A program made the translations under genes and the position numbers. The notes beneath the pieces were generated by a model. It worked only from the letters and a program-made list of their open reading frames with translations. It did no database searches and had not been told where the DNA came from. From positions 87,544,001 to 87,608,000 of the forward strand of contig NC_043005.1 in NCBI RefSeq assembly GCF_006345805.1: a stretch of 64,000 nucleotides of DNA, in the 5' to 3' direction. Of the stretch, positions 13,055-25,826 are shown one piece after another. Every line of letters begins with the position of its first letter. The first letter of the stretch is position 1. Origin of the DNA: Octopus sinensis (Eukaryota).

Positions 13055-13285
13055 TCAAATGGAATGAATATTCTTTTCTACTCTAGGCACAATGCCCAAA
13101 ATTTTTGGGAGGGGCCAGTCGATTAGATCGACCCCAGTACGCAAATGGTACTTAATTTATCGACTCCGAAAGGATGGAAGGTAAAGTCGACCTCGTCGAA
13201 ATTTGAAATCAGAACATAAAGACAGGCGAATTACTGCTAAGCGTTTCGCCCGGCGTGCTAACGTTTCCTCCTGCTCGCCGCCTCA
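13055..13285 (-). mobile_element. SINE-like repeat family D
   Basis: Matches 51046-51275 (GATCGACCCCAGTACGCAAATGGTACTTAATTTATCGAC...GCTCGCCGCC). Confidence 0.75.
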
Positions 13286-13848
13286 AAACGAATGAATATA
13301 CTAGACGAATGGCCTTGAAAATAAAACTGCCAACACAACAGAGACTAAATGTCGGTTAAAATATTCAAATTCAAAATGGAGGACCACACATCCCATATTT
13401 AACTCAAAGTTCAATGATACAACTTGCAGTGAACAATATACAGCAAATATGGCACTTGGATGTTTACCATCATCGTTAATAAATGAACACACACAGAAAT
13501 ATTTGCGCCCAGACCCAGTCACTATTGTACACCTCAGTCTTTTGATATAAATCCATAAACATGTAAAAGTGTATATATATTTCTAAATTCAGTTTTATGT
13601 GGGTGCTACAATATATCCTAGGAATGTTACGTGAACAAAGGGACTTAACCTATACATTGGAAGTAATGCAAAATATATAATGATAAGAGGTCGAGAGAAT
13701 GACACAGGAATATATTGAAATCATTTAACAGACGTGCATGGAATACATTCAGAGATGTAGGAAGGTAATTACATTGGGGGTGAAGCTATATTCTTAGGTG
13801 TCATTTGTAACTAAGAAAATCCATTCTTACTTTATTGAATGTTCTGAA

Positions 13849-13933
<85 letters not shown>

Positions 13934-14130
13934 AGTAGTTAAATGAATTATCTTATTAGGATAATTCGAAAGATAACCGATACCTGGGTAGCAAATTCAC
14001 ATCAGAAAGAACACGGTTGAAGCTACGTCCCTACGGAATAGACTACGTGTCTTCGTGCGGAAATTTGTATGTTTATTTTAAAATTATAAGTATATGAAAG
14101 AATGGAGTTGAACGACTAGTTAACAAATAT

Positions 14131-14225
14131 CCTTTATTCTCGACATATGTTTCGAAAGCTGCATATTCCTAATTCCGAAGGAATAAGGAGTACATTATGC
14201 AGATTTCTCATCAGGAAAATCAAGG
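14131..14225 (-). ncRNA. Type I hammerhead ribozyme motif, canonical core, extended stem II
   Basis: RC: CCTTGATTTTC-CTGATGA-GAAATCTGCATA...C(TTCG)G...TATGCAGCTTTC-GAAA-CATATG-TC-GAGAATAAAGG. Stem I is 11 bp with one mismatch; stem III is palindromic. Confidence 0.8.
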
Positions 14226-14286
14226 AACTTATGTCGACATCAAAATGCACAAAAGTTTTTTGTGCATTTTGATGTCGACATAAGTT

Positions 14287-14381
14287 CCTTGATTTTCCTG
14301 ATGAAAAATCTACATAATGTACTCCTTATTCCTTCGGAATTAGGAATATGCAGCCTTCGAAATATATGTCGAGAATAAAGG
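14287..14381 (+). ncRNA. Mirror hammerhead motif (slightly degenerate copy)
   Basis: CTGATGA 14298-14304, GAAA 14359-14362, TATATG-TC ending 14370. The first base pairs of stem II and stem III are mutated. Confidence 0.65.
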
Positions 14382-14432
14382 AAATTTGTTAACTAGTCGT
14401 TCAACTCCATTCTTTCGTATACTTATAATTTA

Positions 14433-14467
<35 letters not shown>

Positions 14468-14654
14468 ATGCAAGGAAAACAATCTCCCCTATAGGAATGG
14501 AAGCATCCAATTTTCACTGGTTTGGTGGTTTAATACCCAGCATAGCAGAGAAAAAATTTTCCGCAAGTCAAAGGGGTATATATTCAATATACAAAAATGA
14601 AAAGAAAATCGAGATTTACGATTGACATATTTGGATTTATTAACATAATTTTAT

Positions 14655-14795
<141 letters not shown>

Positions 14796-15069
14796 CTACA
14801 ATTGTTTCAATTCAGACCCAATAATATAATTTATAAATGTTAGTCATTATGGGTAAGAGTCTCAACGGGGAAATATTTGACAAAAATAACATGTAAGGAA
14901 TTTCGTGTATACACACACAAACACACACACACACGCACACACACTCAAACACACACATACACACGCACACATACACACACACATACACACACACACATAT
15001 ATATATATACTTTCGTGGATTTTGTGTTAAGAAACTTTCTTCCCAACATCATATTTCGTGTTCTGTCCT

Positions 15070-15390
15070 AGAGCGTGGCAACTTTGGCAAGTGTATTTAG
15101 TATAGCCTCGCGCCGACTGGAGCTTTATGCGTGGATTTGGTAGACGGAAACCGAGAGAAACCCATGTATCAATGTCTGTGCATTTATTTGCGTCTGTGTT
15201 TATCTGCACCACCACCAAACACGGCTTGACAACCGATTTTGGTGTGTGCACGTCTTCGTAACTTAGCGGTTCGATAAGAATGATAATAAAATAACTACCA
15301 GGTTTAAAAATAGAATACAGACTAATGTTGATCCGTTCTACAAAAATTCTCCAAGGTGATGTCCTAGCATGGGCGTAGTATAATGCCTGA
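15070..15390 (+). mobile_element. SINE family A
   Basis: GGATTTGGTAGACGGAAACC...GCTTGACAACCGAT...GCATGGGCGTAG...CTGAAACAAGTAA. Confidence 0.7.
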
Positions 15391-15511
15391 AACAAGTAAT
15401 ATATATATATATATATATACATGCATATATATATATATATATACATGCATATATATATATATACATGCATATATATATATATATATACATGCATATATAT
15501 ATATATATACA

Positions 15512-15564
<53 letters not shown>

Positions 15565-15686
15565 TATATATATATAATATATATATATATAATGATAAAT
15601 CTCAGAGCGAGTTATAAACAGTAGCGGTAACACATCGTATATATATTTGTGAGGGAAACTGAATTCTCGTCGACAACTATGATTGT

Positions 15687-15731
15687 CACACGCTGATGAT
15701 AGGTAAACACCTTGAAACTCAGGTCCGTGTG
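15687..15731 (+). ncRNA. Type I hammerhead ribozyme motif, copy 1
   Basis: CACACG-CTGATGA-T-AGGT(AAAC)ACCT-T-GAAA-CTCAGG-TC-CGTGTG. Stem I is 6 bp perfect; predicted cleavage after 15725. Confidence 0.8.
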
Positions 15732-16038
15732 TATCATAAGTTGAAGACGGGAAGGATTACTTCCCTTCACAAATACTGATAGGGCACAGATAGTGTGTAT
15801 ATAGCCAGCTGGAGGAGATATCTTCCTGGGGCTACAAACTACAGTAGCATCCACCCTTATGGGTTAAACATATTCAAATGGCAAATATGCGTCGCGATGT
15901 GTTACCGCTAATGTTTATAACTCGCTCTGAGATTTATCATTGTTCGATTTCAATTTTTCAATATCAGTGTCAATCGACACTGGAAAAAGTATATGTATTT
16001 GTGAGGGAAACTGAATTCTCGTCGACAACTATGATTGT

Positions 16039-16083
16039 CACGCGCTAATGATAGGTAAACACCTTGAAACTCGAGTCCGTATG
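16039..16083 (+). ncRNA. Hammerhead motif, copy 2 (G5A core mutation)
   Basis: CACGCG-CTAATGA-TAGGTAAACACCTT-GAAA-CTCGAG-TC-CGTATG. Stem III palindrome intact; predicted site after 16077. Confidence 0.7.
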
Positions 16084-16260
16084 TATCATAAGTTGAAGAC
16101 GGGAAGGATGACTTCCCTTCACAAATACTGATAGGGCACAGATAGTGTGTCTATAGCCAGCTGGAGGAGATATCTTCCTGGGGCTACAAACTACAGTAGC
16201 ATCCACCCTTAGGGGTTAGCCATATTCAAATGTCAAATATGCGTCACTATAATATATATA

Positions 16261-16299
<39 letters not shown>

Positions 16300-16343
16300 T
16301 GTATGTATGTACATATTTATATATATATATTATATGCGTGTGT

Positions 16344-16421
<78 letters not shown>

Positions 16422-17489
16422 ATAATCATTAACCAATCATCATAGATGTTATCATTAAACTAGAACATTAACCAAAACTCATTCAGCTTAACCAACTCTC
16501 ATAAACATTAAAAACCAATCAGATATATGAAACGAAAAATCCTATGCATTAGCCAACAGCGAAAAACGTAAGAGACAATGAGGCGTATTCATAAAAATAA
16601 AATCATACATTTAACCAATACTCGTAAATATCAAACAAATAAAAGAATATGAAGCTAAAACCAAACACCTTCTCAGCAGCAGAGATATGCGTTATCCAAT
16701 AACGCTACATAAAATAGCAATCATTCACATTAGACTAAAAACAACCACGTTAGCCATGACTTGCTATATATTCACACATACACAAGTATATTAACTAACA
16801 ATAATAACGTGTAAGAAAAAAATGAATAACTCAGTATATTAAGCTGTATATTATAATGCATTTGATTATATATATATTTTTCACTTCTCTCCATTACTAC
16901 TTTCCGCCATTTTCAAAACGATATGCTTTAATCTAGTTTTCACTGGGAGCCATTACTTACTGTTTCAAATTATTTTAATGTAATAAAGAAATTTTTTTTT
17001 AATAATATGATAAAATAAATAACATTAGATCCAGCAAAGAAAATCCTGCATATTTTATGATATGCAGCCAGTATTTTTAAACCTCTATTAATATTGTAAT
17101 ATTGAAGTATCTGTCCACACATATGCTTGCAGATACAGTAGACTTGTGTTTACTTCTGATTTTAGTTTTTCATAAATCTCACCAATAGTAAATTTGTCGG
17201 TTTCTAACTCAGAAACAAGAATACTTCAGTGGCTTTAGAAAATTAAATTAAATTTTAAATAAGCAGCTCTAACGTAAACATCATCGATGTCATATGCTTA
17301 TAGAGTGTGCTTTGTTTATGGTCTCATTAGATGCGGGATAATATCAGAGAAGAAAGACCCTTTTAGATGCTGTGTGTTAAATGAACATCGAATAACTCAA
17401 GCTAGGCAACACAACTCGTCCACAGACGACCGAGATGAGTTGTGACATCGATAAGGAATTTAGAAAATATCGGTTTCAATTTTGGTATA

Positions 17490-17665
17490 GCACCAGCGGT
17501 ATTTAGGGTTGGGGTAAGTCTATGGCATCGACCCTGGTATTCAACTGGTACTTATTTTATCGACCTTGAAAGGATGAAAGGCGAAGTCGACCTCTGCGCA
17601 ATTTGAATTCAGAACGAACGTAAAGATGGCTGAAATGCTGCCACACATTTTGCCTGCTATACAAA
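17490..17665 (-). mobile_element. SINE-like repeat family D
   Basis: ATCGACCCTGGTATTCAACTGGTACTTATTTTATCGACCTTGAAAGGATGAAAGGCGAAGTCGACC. Confidence 0.7.
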
Positions 17666-18283
17666 TGGTCCTGACACATCGCTGCCTTAGAATTTCCAAA
17701 ATATTAACTCGGTATTCATGTTATATATGCATTTTACGTGTGTATTTATGGTTGTATGGATGCATCTGTTTTGGAGATCAAGTTGAGTGGGGTTTCAAGT
17801 TTCACCTCTTGGTTTGTTAAAGCAGTAAAGAGATCTTTGCCTACCTTTTTTTTACATAGGGAAGCAAGTCTCGTTAAACGAGGTTTACAATGTGTTAAAG
17901 TCATCGATGGCAGACTTTTATTTATTAAGATGTAGCAAACTAAATGGATTATGGTCAAGAAGCTAGTGAAACATAAAGGTAAATAGTCAAGTAGATGAAT
18001 GGAAATGACAAGGAACGCGTGGAGGAAGATATTAATGAGAATCTTTATTAGATATAGATCACAGGGAAGCTGAGATGAGAACAATAGCTTAGATCAGAGT
18101 AGGGTAGCTTAGAGATAGATGCGTCTGACTCTAAGAATGTTTTCATTCTAAAGACAGCTTAGTGTCATACGGAATTAATGTGAAAAAATATTTATTTATT
18201 TACGTAGCTGTGTCTCCGCCTGTGTCTTTGTGTGGTAGTGTATATGTGTGTATGTCTGTCTATCTGTCTGTGTTTGTATGTGC

Positions 18284-18335
<52 letters not shown>

Positions 18336-18719
18336 ACGTGCGTGCGTCGGTGTGAACCACATTCCTTCTAACAAATGAGACGATTCAATACCCATAAGGA
18401 GTTGTAATGTAGAGCGAAAAGAAAATAGTGAGAAATATATTAACGCGTGCAGGAATGAAAAGAAAGTTTTTTATGCATATATGTCAAAAAAGAAAAGAAA
18501 TGCTATATGTTAATATTTTAAAATTTTCCACAAGTTTGTGGATAGTCATAGGTTAGTATCGCAAGTTCAAAAATATAATATGCAAATTAATATAAAATCA
18601 GAAGATTTTATTTGTAAACAAAACCAAAATTCTTCATTATTATCAGCCAGGTTTTATATATTTAATTCTCAAAAGCGTTTGTCCAGTGTTTTGTCCGCGC
18701 GTATAAACTGCATCGATAT

Positions 18720-19600
18720 TTACTGAGAAAAACCGGCCAGAGGTGAGCGATTGTACACTGAATATTTTCGTGACATCCACCTAAGCAATAATACATCATC
18801 ACCTGTTGGGTGCCACTTCAACCCACTTGCCCAATCTATTTCCCATGTGTCAGTCTGTGAGGTTATTTCACAACACGTATCCATCGCCACTCCATAGCAA
18901 AAAGAGCAGAGACTCATCTTCCAACTGATTCTATCTACCATATCAGAGGTCAACCACACAATTGACTCCGCCACCGCCCCATCATTGTGCTCGGCACTTT
19001 ACACATCATCTCACAGAATACACACTCCACCCTACGTATCTATACAAAATTATAGATTGAATGTAACACAAACTACGTCAGTACCTGTCCTTCACTCCCT
19101 AATTCAGATTGGCATAAGGGACACAGAAATTGACGAGGTCTCACCTGAAACCCACAATCATACTTCCAGCTTATTATTTCCCTGTTACATTTCTCGACAT
19201 CATGTCACACCACACAAATACATTGCGCATGTTAACACTCTTTCACCACACCCATACTCTACACCTTCCCGCACAAACTCAGACACCGGTATCAAAGGCT
19301 CTACCTTTTCTCTTCCCAACCCCCGTTCACTTTCCCTTTTCTCTCCATTTTACTCGCGTTTTATTTATTCTCTCGCTCTCACAATATTTCTCCATTTCAA
19401 CTCACTTCGACCCAGACTCTATCCCGTCTTCTTGTAGTCCAATTCTATTTTCCACTTAGATTCTACCTGGGACCTGCTTTTTGAACAAGCGTCTCTTTTA
19501 TTTTTTATTGGTTTTGGCCTTATTTCTACGATTTTCAGGTTTATGTTTTCGTATGTCTAATACCGAATAGTATTTCTTTTTGTTGCCTCATATAAAGCGA
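18720..19600 (+). mobile_element. Degraded Penelope-like element 3' part (GIY-YIG remnant plus C/A-rich tail)
   Basis: Frameshifted translation gives GETGQR...PVGCHFN...SISHVSVC...KEQRLIFQL, resembling PLE GIY-YIG C-termini and 34365-34450. Confidence 0.5.
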
Positions 19601-21004
19601 TTCTAGAATTCTTTATGTGAAGTTGTATGAGGCACTCTATAGTATATATGCAAGCACTACGTTTAACGAGTTAAAATTATCCGCCATTTCCACGTCATCC
19701 CATTAGTGACAACTGAACATTCTTGAATTGGCTAACGACCATCCATTGACATGTCAAATAGAGTGATGCGTCACCTGCAGCAAAATGTCTATGGTATCGC
19801 TCCATAACATTGCATATAACAATCGCCGATTAATAGCACAGAAAAATTTCTGTCATATGTATTGAAGTGTATTAGCTTCATAGAAAAATGGTTATGGTAG
19901 TCTTACTCCCCACAGACAGAAGAATAAAAATGGCAAAATATTAATTTAGAACTGTTTTAACAGCTTTAAGTGTAGAGCTAAATTTACTCCATAACTTTTA
20001 GTAATTCTGATATGATTCTAACTACGTAAATCTTTTGTATGCTCCTACGACTTTTCAGCACCGTTATCTAATAACTATCCTGACAAACCATTATTTCTAT
20101 GAATATGTGGGTTACGCAAATATATAATTATATAAGTTTGGCAGCATACACTTTGAATTTTGGAAATGAGATAAATTTTATTGTAAGCTGTCAAACTTTT
20201 TGAACCCTTTGAAATTCTATTGTCATAAAATGCATAGTTCTAACATAAAATCAATTTAAATTAAGGATTAATCAACTCTTATACACATTAAGAAATACCA
20301 CAGGAAAATCGTCCGTCTAGTAGATTCTTTTGTTTGTATTATTTTGTTTTAAGTAAGCTTTTGGAAACAAGACTTATTTGAAATAGCAGAGTAATAACAT
20401 TTACTGCATCTGTACTGCTGAAAAAGTGTTATTCTCTTCGATATCAGATATATTCTGAACACGAATTCTGAATTAATGTGTCTGCCGTTTTATATCAAAG
20501 TAGTCTTTGGCACGTTATAAAACGACAATTAGTCTATCAAGTATTAATTGATACAATTATTTCACCTATTCGTCGCTTATAAAAATAATATTATCATTGT
20601 TTCTAAAAATTTGATTTTTAATTTTGAATATTGTTTAAACATCAGTCTCATTAAATTTTATGGAGCAGAATTATCAAATAATCATTCTACTTTCGATTGT
20701 TTTTCTGTTGTACACGTATTTTTGCTTAACGTCTTCGAAACACATATCAACGTGTCACGCTGTACGGTTTGATAACTAAGCAAGGAGTTTAATCATGAGA
20801 AAAATCAACCGATAGTCTCCATTTTTATTTTGCTTTTCAGATTTGTTTCTATAATTCTATACTCAAATAATTTTCCGTATTACCTGACCTTTTGAAAGAT
20901 GAAACTCGGAGTGGAAATCGCAAAATATCCATTCTAATGTAAGCGATGCTATGTCAGTCTACGAGCGTTTATCTATGAACGACGTAGCTTTTCAACAAGA
21001 AATT

Positions 21005-21240
21005 CTTTCATCTTTTGCTTGTTTCAGTCATGAGATTCCGGCCATGCTGGAGCACCGCCTTGAAAAATTTTAGTCGAACAAATTGAACCCAGTTCTCGTT
21101 TTTCTTTTTCAGCTTGGTAGTTATTCGATCGGTCGCTTTTATCAGACCGTTAGATTGCAGGGACATAAACACAGGAACACCGGTTGTCAAACAGTGGTAG
21201 GGGACAAAAACAGACACAAAGACACGCGCACATAAAAACA
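21005..21240 (-). mobile_element. SINE family A, 3' half
   Basis: TTGTTTCAGTCAT...GGCCATGCTGGAGCACCGCC...CACCGGTTGTCAA...GGGGACAAA. Confidence 0.75.
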
Positions 21241-21559
21241 AGCAAACTTCCACATACATATATATATATATATTTTATTTAATTAATTAATTTATTTATT
21301 TATTTATGTATGTATGTATGTATGTATGTATGTATGTATGTATGTATGTATGTGTGTGTATGTATACATATGTAGCCATGTTCTTGGGAAGCAAACTTAC
21401 CACACAGTGACGTTGCGCCTATGATGACGGTAAACAACTAGAAACATTGCCATTAGAGTGTGTGCAGATTTCAGGAGAAACTCAATGATAATTCCTTGTA
21501 AAGGAAATCTGTTATTGAACCTTGTGAAGTAAATGTTCGAGTCTCGAGTCGCGGGATTT

Positions 21560-21790
21560 AAAGGACCAGTTACGTGGTTTCTATGTCTCGTAAGTGACCA
21601 ACACCACAGAATTCCCCTTGGATGGGGTGGTTAAGTGTGGCAGTGGTATGCATTTACAAGTAAGTGATTTGGAGCAATGTAAAATGAAGTTCTTTGCTGT
21701 CTGGAACACAATGTACCGCCCACTTCTGGAATCGAACCGTGCTCTTATGATCGTCAATGCAGTGCCCGAAACACTGAACCACGTTGCTTC
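21560..21790 (-). mobile_element. Diverged tRNA-derived SINE (family B-like)
   Basis: TGGAGCAATGTAAAATGAAG...GGAATCGAACC...TTATGATCGT. Confidence 0.5.
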
Positions 21791-22359
21791 TCAGTCTAAC
21801 GTTTTGGCGAGAAGAAAACTGAGTAAAGTAAAAGTGCGAATCTTTTATTGGATGAAGAATCATATGTATGAAAACTAAATTAAATACAAGATTTACAAAC
21901 ATATTCGATAATTAAACAAAGTAGAAGAGACAGCGATGAAAGAAAATGTTCTGACAGATTATTATGAGTGTATTAGATAACTCTGAATACCTGAAGAGGT
22001 CTAATAGTAATAAGAAATATGTATGCTAGATATATTTGGTTTTGTAATAGCTATAACAGCAGTCTTTAGTCATTTACTTTAATCTGAGTTCAGAAGAAAC
22101 TCTCTTAATCAAAATAACTACCCTTAAAATCAAAATAGTTTTGCAACCATTAAACTATACTCGTATTCTTGTAGCTTATGACATTTTACACGAAGGCAGC
22201 AAAAATGTATTAGAAATAACGTCTCAAATTTTGGAACAATGCCACCAATTTTGGGAGAGTAATGAATCGATTACAGCGGACCTAGTGCTCGAATTGTACT
22301 TATTTTATTAGTCACGAAAGGGATGAGAAGCTAGATCGACCTTGGCAGAATTTGAACTC

Positions 22360-22740
22360 TCTTTCGAGTAAAACCACCAATAGAAGAGAATATGACCAAA
22401 AACTGAAGCTCTTGTAGGCTATACAAAGGCGAAGCATGTCGCCCCCTCAGAATAAGGGTGGACGAACATCGCAAAGCTGTGACACGAGGAGATATTGATA
22501 AATCGGTTATAGCTGATCATGTATGGGAAAATGGAGACCACCTTTTCCTGTGGAATGAAGTTAAAATAATAGACAGAGAATACCACTGGAAAATACGAAA
22601 ACTATAAGAAGCAGAACATATATTAGGACAGAACAACCTCCTAAGCAGACAGAGTGCAGATATGAGTAGCATATAGGAACGCGTATTAAGGAAGGATAGG
22701 AAAATATTAGATTTATAAGCCCTAAAATTCATTCCATAAT
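22360..22740 (+). mobile_element. Penelope-like GIY-YIG endonuclease remnant
   Basis: Translates as YKGEACRPLRIRVDEHRKAVTRGDIDKSVIADHVWENGDHLFLWNEVKIIDREYHWKIRKL*EAEHI. Confidence 0.75.
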
Positions 22741-22828
22741 TGCCCACAGGCATATGGCCTAGTGGCTAAAAGCGCGAGCCACTAACCCCGAGTTCGATTC
22801 CAGACAATGACCTTAATAATAATGATAA

Positions 22829-22886
22829 TGGTGGTTATTTCATAATAGTTTTCCAGCTGTATAATGCATCTACCAACTTCTATACG

Positions 22887-22918
<32 letters not shown>

Positions 22919-23105
22919 ATAAATATATATATATATATACATACATACATACATACATATATATACAACGTATAGAAGTTGGTAGAGGTCTTATACAGCC
23001 GGAAAACTATTATAAAATAACCACCACAGTACTGCTTCAGAAGCAAGGAAAATAGTATAAATAGCCACAAAACACGAGCAAAACAAAAAATTGTTTTCAG
23101 TGTTC
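22829..23105. mobile_element. R4/Dong family-2 fragment with a 58-bp fold-back around a microsatellite
   Basis: 22969-23100 translates as RIEVGRGLIQPENYYKITT (compare 26700-26805). 22829-22886 is the reverse complement of 22969-23026 with 5 mismatches. Confidence 0.75.
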
Positions 23106-23900
23106 AACTGGTATTAATTCTTATTAAACGATTAAATGCAAGCTCAAACACTGGCGGAATTAGAACTCCGAACTTAAAGACGCCAAGAAATACTAAAAAC
23201 TAATAAAAACAGATGGCGATAAGCCACATGTTATCTGAGAAGTGTGAAATAATTCATGGCGCACAAAGAACAAAAAAAGAAAGCGCAGAATGAAATCCTT
23301 GGACAAAATGGTAGTGAATATGTATTAAGACAATTATTTCCTATGCAACGGGAAATCTTTAAATCGAAACTAAACGCTGCCATCAGCTTTTACCGCAGTG
23401 AAGGATTTGGATAATACTAAGGAGTAATAGTAATAAATCATAATGATGATGATGATGATGACGGTTCTGCTATAGGCCCAAGGCTCGAAAATTTATGGGT
23501 GAGACACATCTAAGATGATACATCGATCGGGGTGCACAATTAGTATTTATTTAATCGACTCCGAAAAGGATGAGAGGGTAAGCCTTCCTCGAAAAACAAA
23601 AACCCCTTGTAAAGTTTGTTGAAATCTGAAGCAAAAATGTTACCTCGGTTGCCGAAATCTGACATCTTTTGACATTCTCTATGCAAGATGCTGTAAAATA
23701 ACACCAACAACAACAACAACGGCAACTAACGATCGTCGACGACGTCGCTGTAGTAGTAGTAGTAGTAGTAGTAGTAGTAATTGTGGGTTTCTAACAAGTC
23801 GAGAAGCATATATAAGACTAAAAATATAGAGTTCATTACTTCACGGACACTCAAAAACTCACACGCACACACACATATACGAACACGCACATATACGTAA

Positions 23901-23980
<80 letters not shown>

Positions 23981-24434
23981 GTATGTGTATGTATGTATGT
24001 ATGTATGTATGTATGTATGTATGTATGTATGTATGTACGTGTGGTGGGGGGTAATTTTATTGATCAGCGAAGATTAAAGGCAAACAGAATCTGATTTCTA
24101 AGATCGCAGCAGACACAGATTTTAGCGGAGATACTCCATTAATTGACCATTAATTCAACATTATTATTCTTACTGAGTGAGAGAGCAATGCATGCCATCA
24201 AAGTGACATTCGGGTATAAATATACGAAGCCCAGCATACTCATCATGACTACCCGACTGATATGGGTACACCAGACACATGCATCACAGCCACATATGCT
24301 CGACATGGTGATCTCATGTCAAGATTAACAGCGCATGACCTTGCAGGAGAGGCCCAGTAATGATAACACTTGCAATCAGTTAAGATCAGAAGCCATCAGA
24401 GAAACTGCCTAGTACTGCATCACCGCATTCATCA

Positions 24435-24498
<64 letters not shown>

Positions 24499-24914
24499 CA
24501 TTATTATCATTATTATTACGTTTATATATTTGTTTTGCAAGTTTTTTGATGTGAAATCGTGTGTTGAAACAGATATTGTTGTATTTATGAATGGGCATGT
24601 TGCCAGTTTAGCCAATAAAAACACACGCACCATATATTTGATGTTACTTTGCTTCAGCGTTATTTATTTTTTACATTAATCTTAATCTTATTTCGGCCAG
24701 AGTTCTTTCATCACACTCCTTCTTTCTCATTTGTGTGTCTCTCCTTACTAACGGTCAGCCATTTTGTATTCCTATTGCGTGTGTCTTCATTTGCACATGC
24801 GTATACCTCTATGTGTGTCTATGTTTAGTTAGTGTGTGTGTGTGTGTGGAAGTGCCTGTAATATTTGTATCTCCTGTTTATATACGTTCGTGCAATTTGT
24901 TTTTGTAGTTAGTT

Positions 24915-25826
24915 TTTGTTCCCAAGGACCCAACAATAATTGGCACTACCCTCACCTTCTTCATTTTCTTTAGCCAGGCTATTTCTTACCTAGGAGGGTT
25001 GTATTTATCTTTCCGCCTTTCTTCTTCACTATTTCTGGGTCAATGAGACATGCAACATCAACTACATAGCATCTATGGTGCACTAGCACCTGATCCGTTT
25101 GGATTGGGAAATTCCAGAGGATTTTGCAAGACTCCGACTTCGCCGCTCTCTGCGGTTTGCTCTCTTACCACATCTTGCGACTATCTAGCCATCACTTTTC
25201 GCACAATTTCCATTGGAGCACTTTCGCTATTGGATCATGTCGCCACAAATTGTAGTTATTTTGGGTAAGTTTAGAGTATTCGTTCGTGATATAGGAAATG
25301 GTTTCATCCACCCTATTGCAGATGTGGCACAGCAGAGAAACTTGCTTGTTCCAAATGTTGACTCTACAGTTCATGGCCAAAGCTTGGTCTTCTGCTGCCA
25401 GTATAGTGACCTCGGTCTCTTCTTTAGTGTTCCTGTCTTCAGCCAATCCCATCTACTTTTTCCAGCAACTTTTTTTATGGCTACATGGAATTGATTGTGT
25501 AGTCCCTTCTTGCCTAAATCGTCTTCACGTTCTTTTTGCACTTGTTCCTTTGTTTTTCCTCTTTTCTCTGCTTTCAATTTTGTTCCTAACAGTCACTAGC
25601 AAGGTTTCCTTACTTTCGGCTAGGTATCTCATTAAGCTCTCGAGTTCGATACGCACGCAGTCTTTCACACTTATCAGTCCCCTTCCTCCATTTGCTCTCT
25701 TCATCCGCACGTGGATGATGGACTCCATTCATCGTTAGAAGCTTTCTTGATTTCTTGTCCATCTCCTGCATTTCCTCCTCTGTCCACTTCAGGATTCCAG
25801 CACCATACCGAATCACCGTGTGCCTT
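24915..25826 (-). mobile_element. R4/Dong-like LINE family 1, 5'- and 3'-truncated
   Basis: IRYGAGILKWTEEE...GRGLISVKDCVRIE...LKTGTLKK...QDQAL...LCHICNRVDETI...HDPIAK...WK..QTD...VRVVPIIVGSLGT. Confidence 0.85.

Larger units (their letters stand above)
13930..14438. mobile_element. Fold-back Penelope-like terminal repeat; 180-bp arms, flanked by (TA)n
   Basis: 14074-14254 is the reverse complement of 14258-14438 (loop GTT). The minus-strand arm continues to about 13930. Each arm holds an HHR motif. Confidence 0.7.
15591..16246 (+). mobile_element. Retrozyme-like element: about 1.7 tandem monomers of 352 bp plus a 47-bp inverted 5' piece
   Basis: 15638-15893 matches 15990-16246. 15591-15637 is the reverse complement of 15895-15941. 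One HHR per monomer; both flanks are (TA)n; no ORF. Confidence 0.75.
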
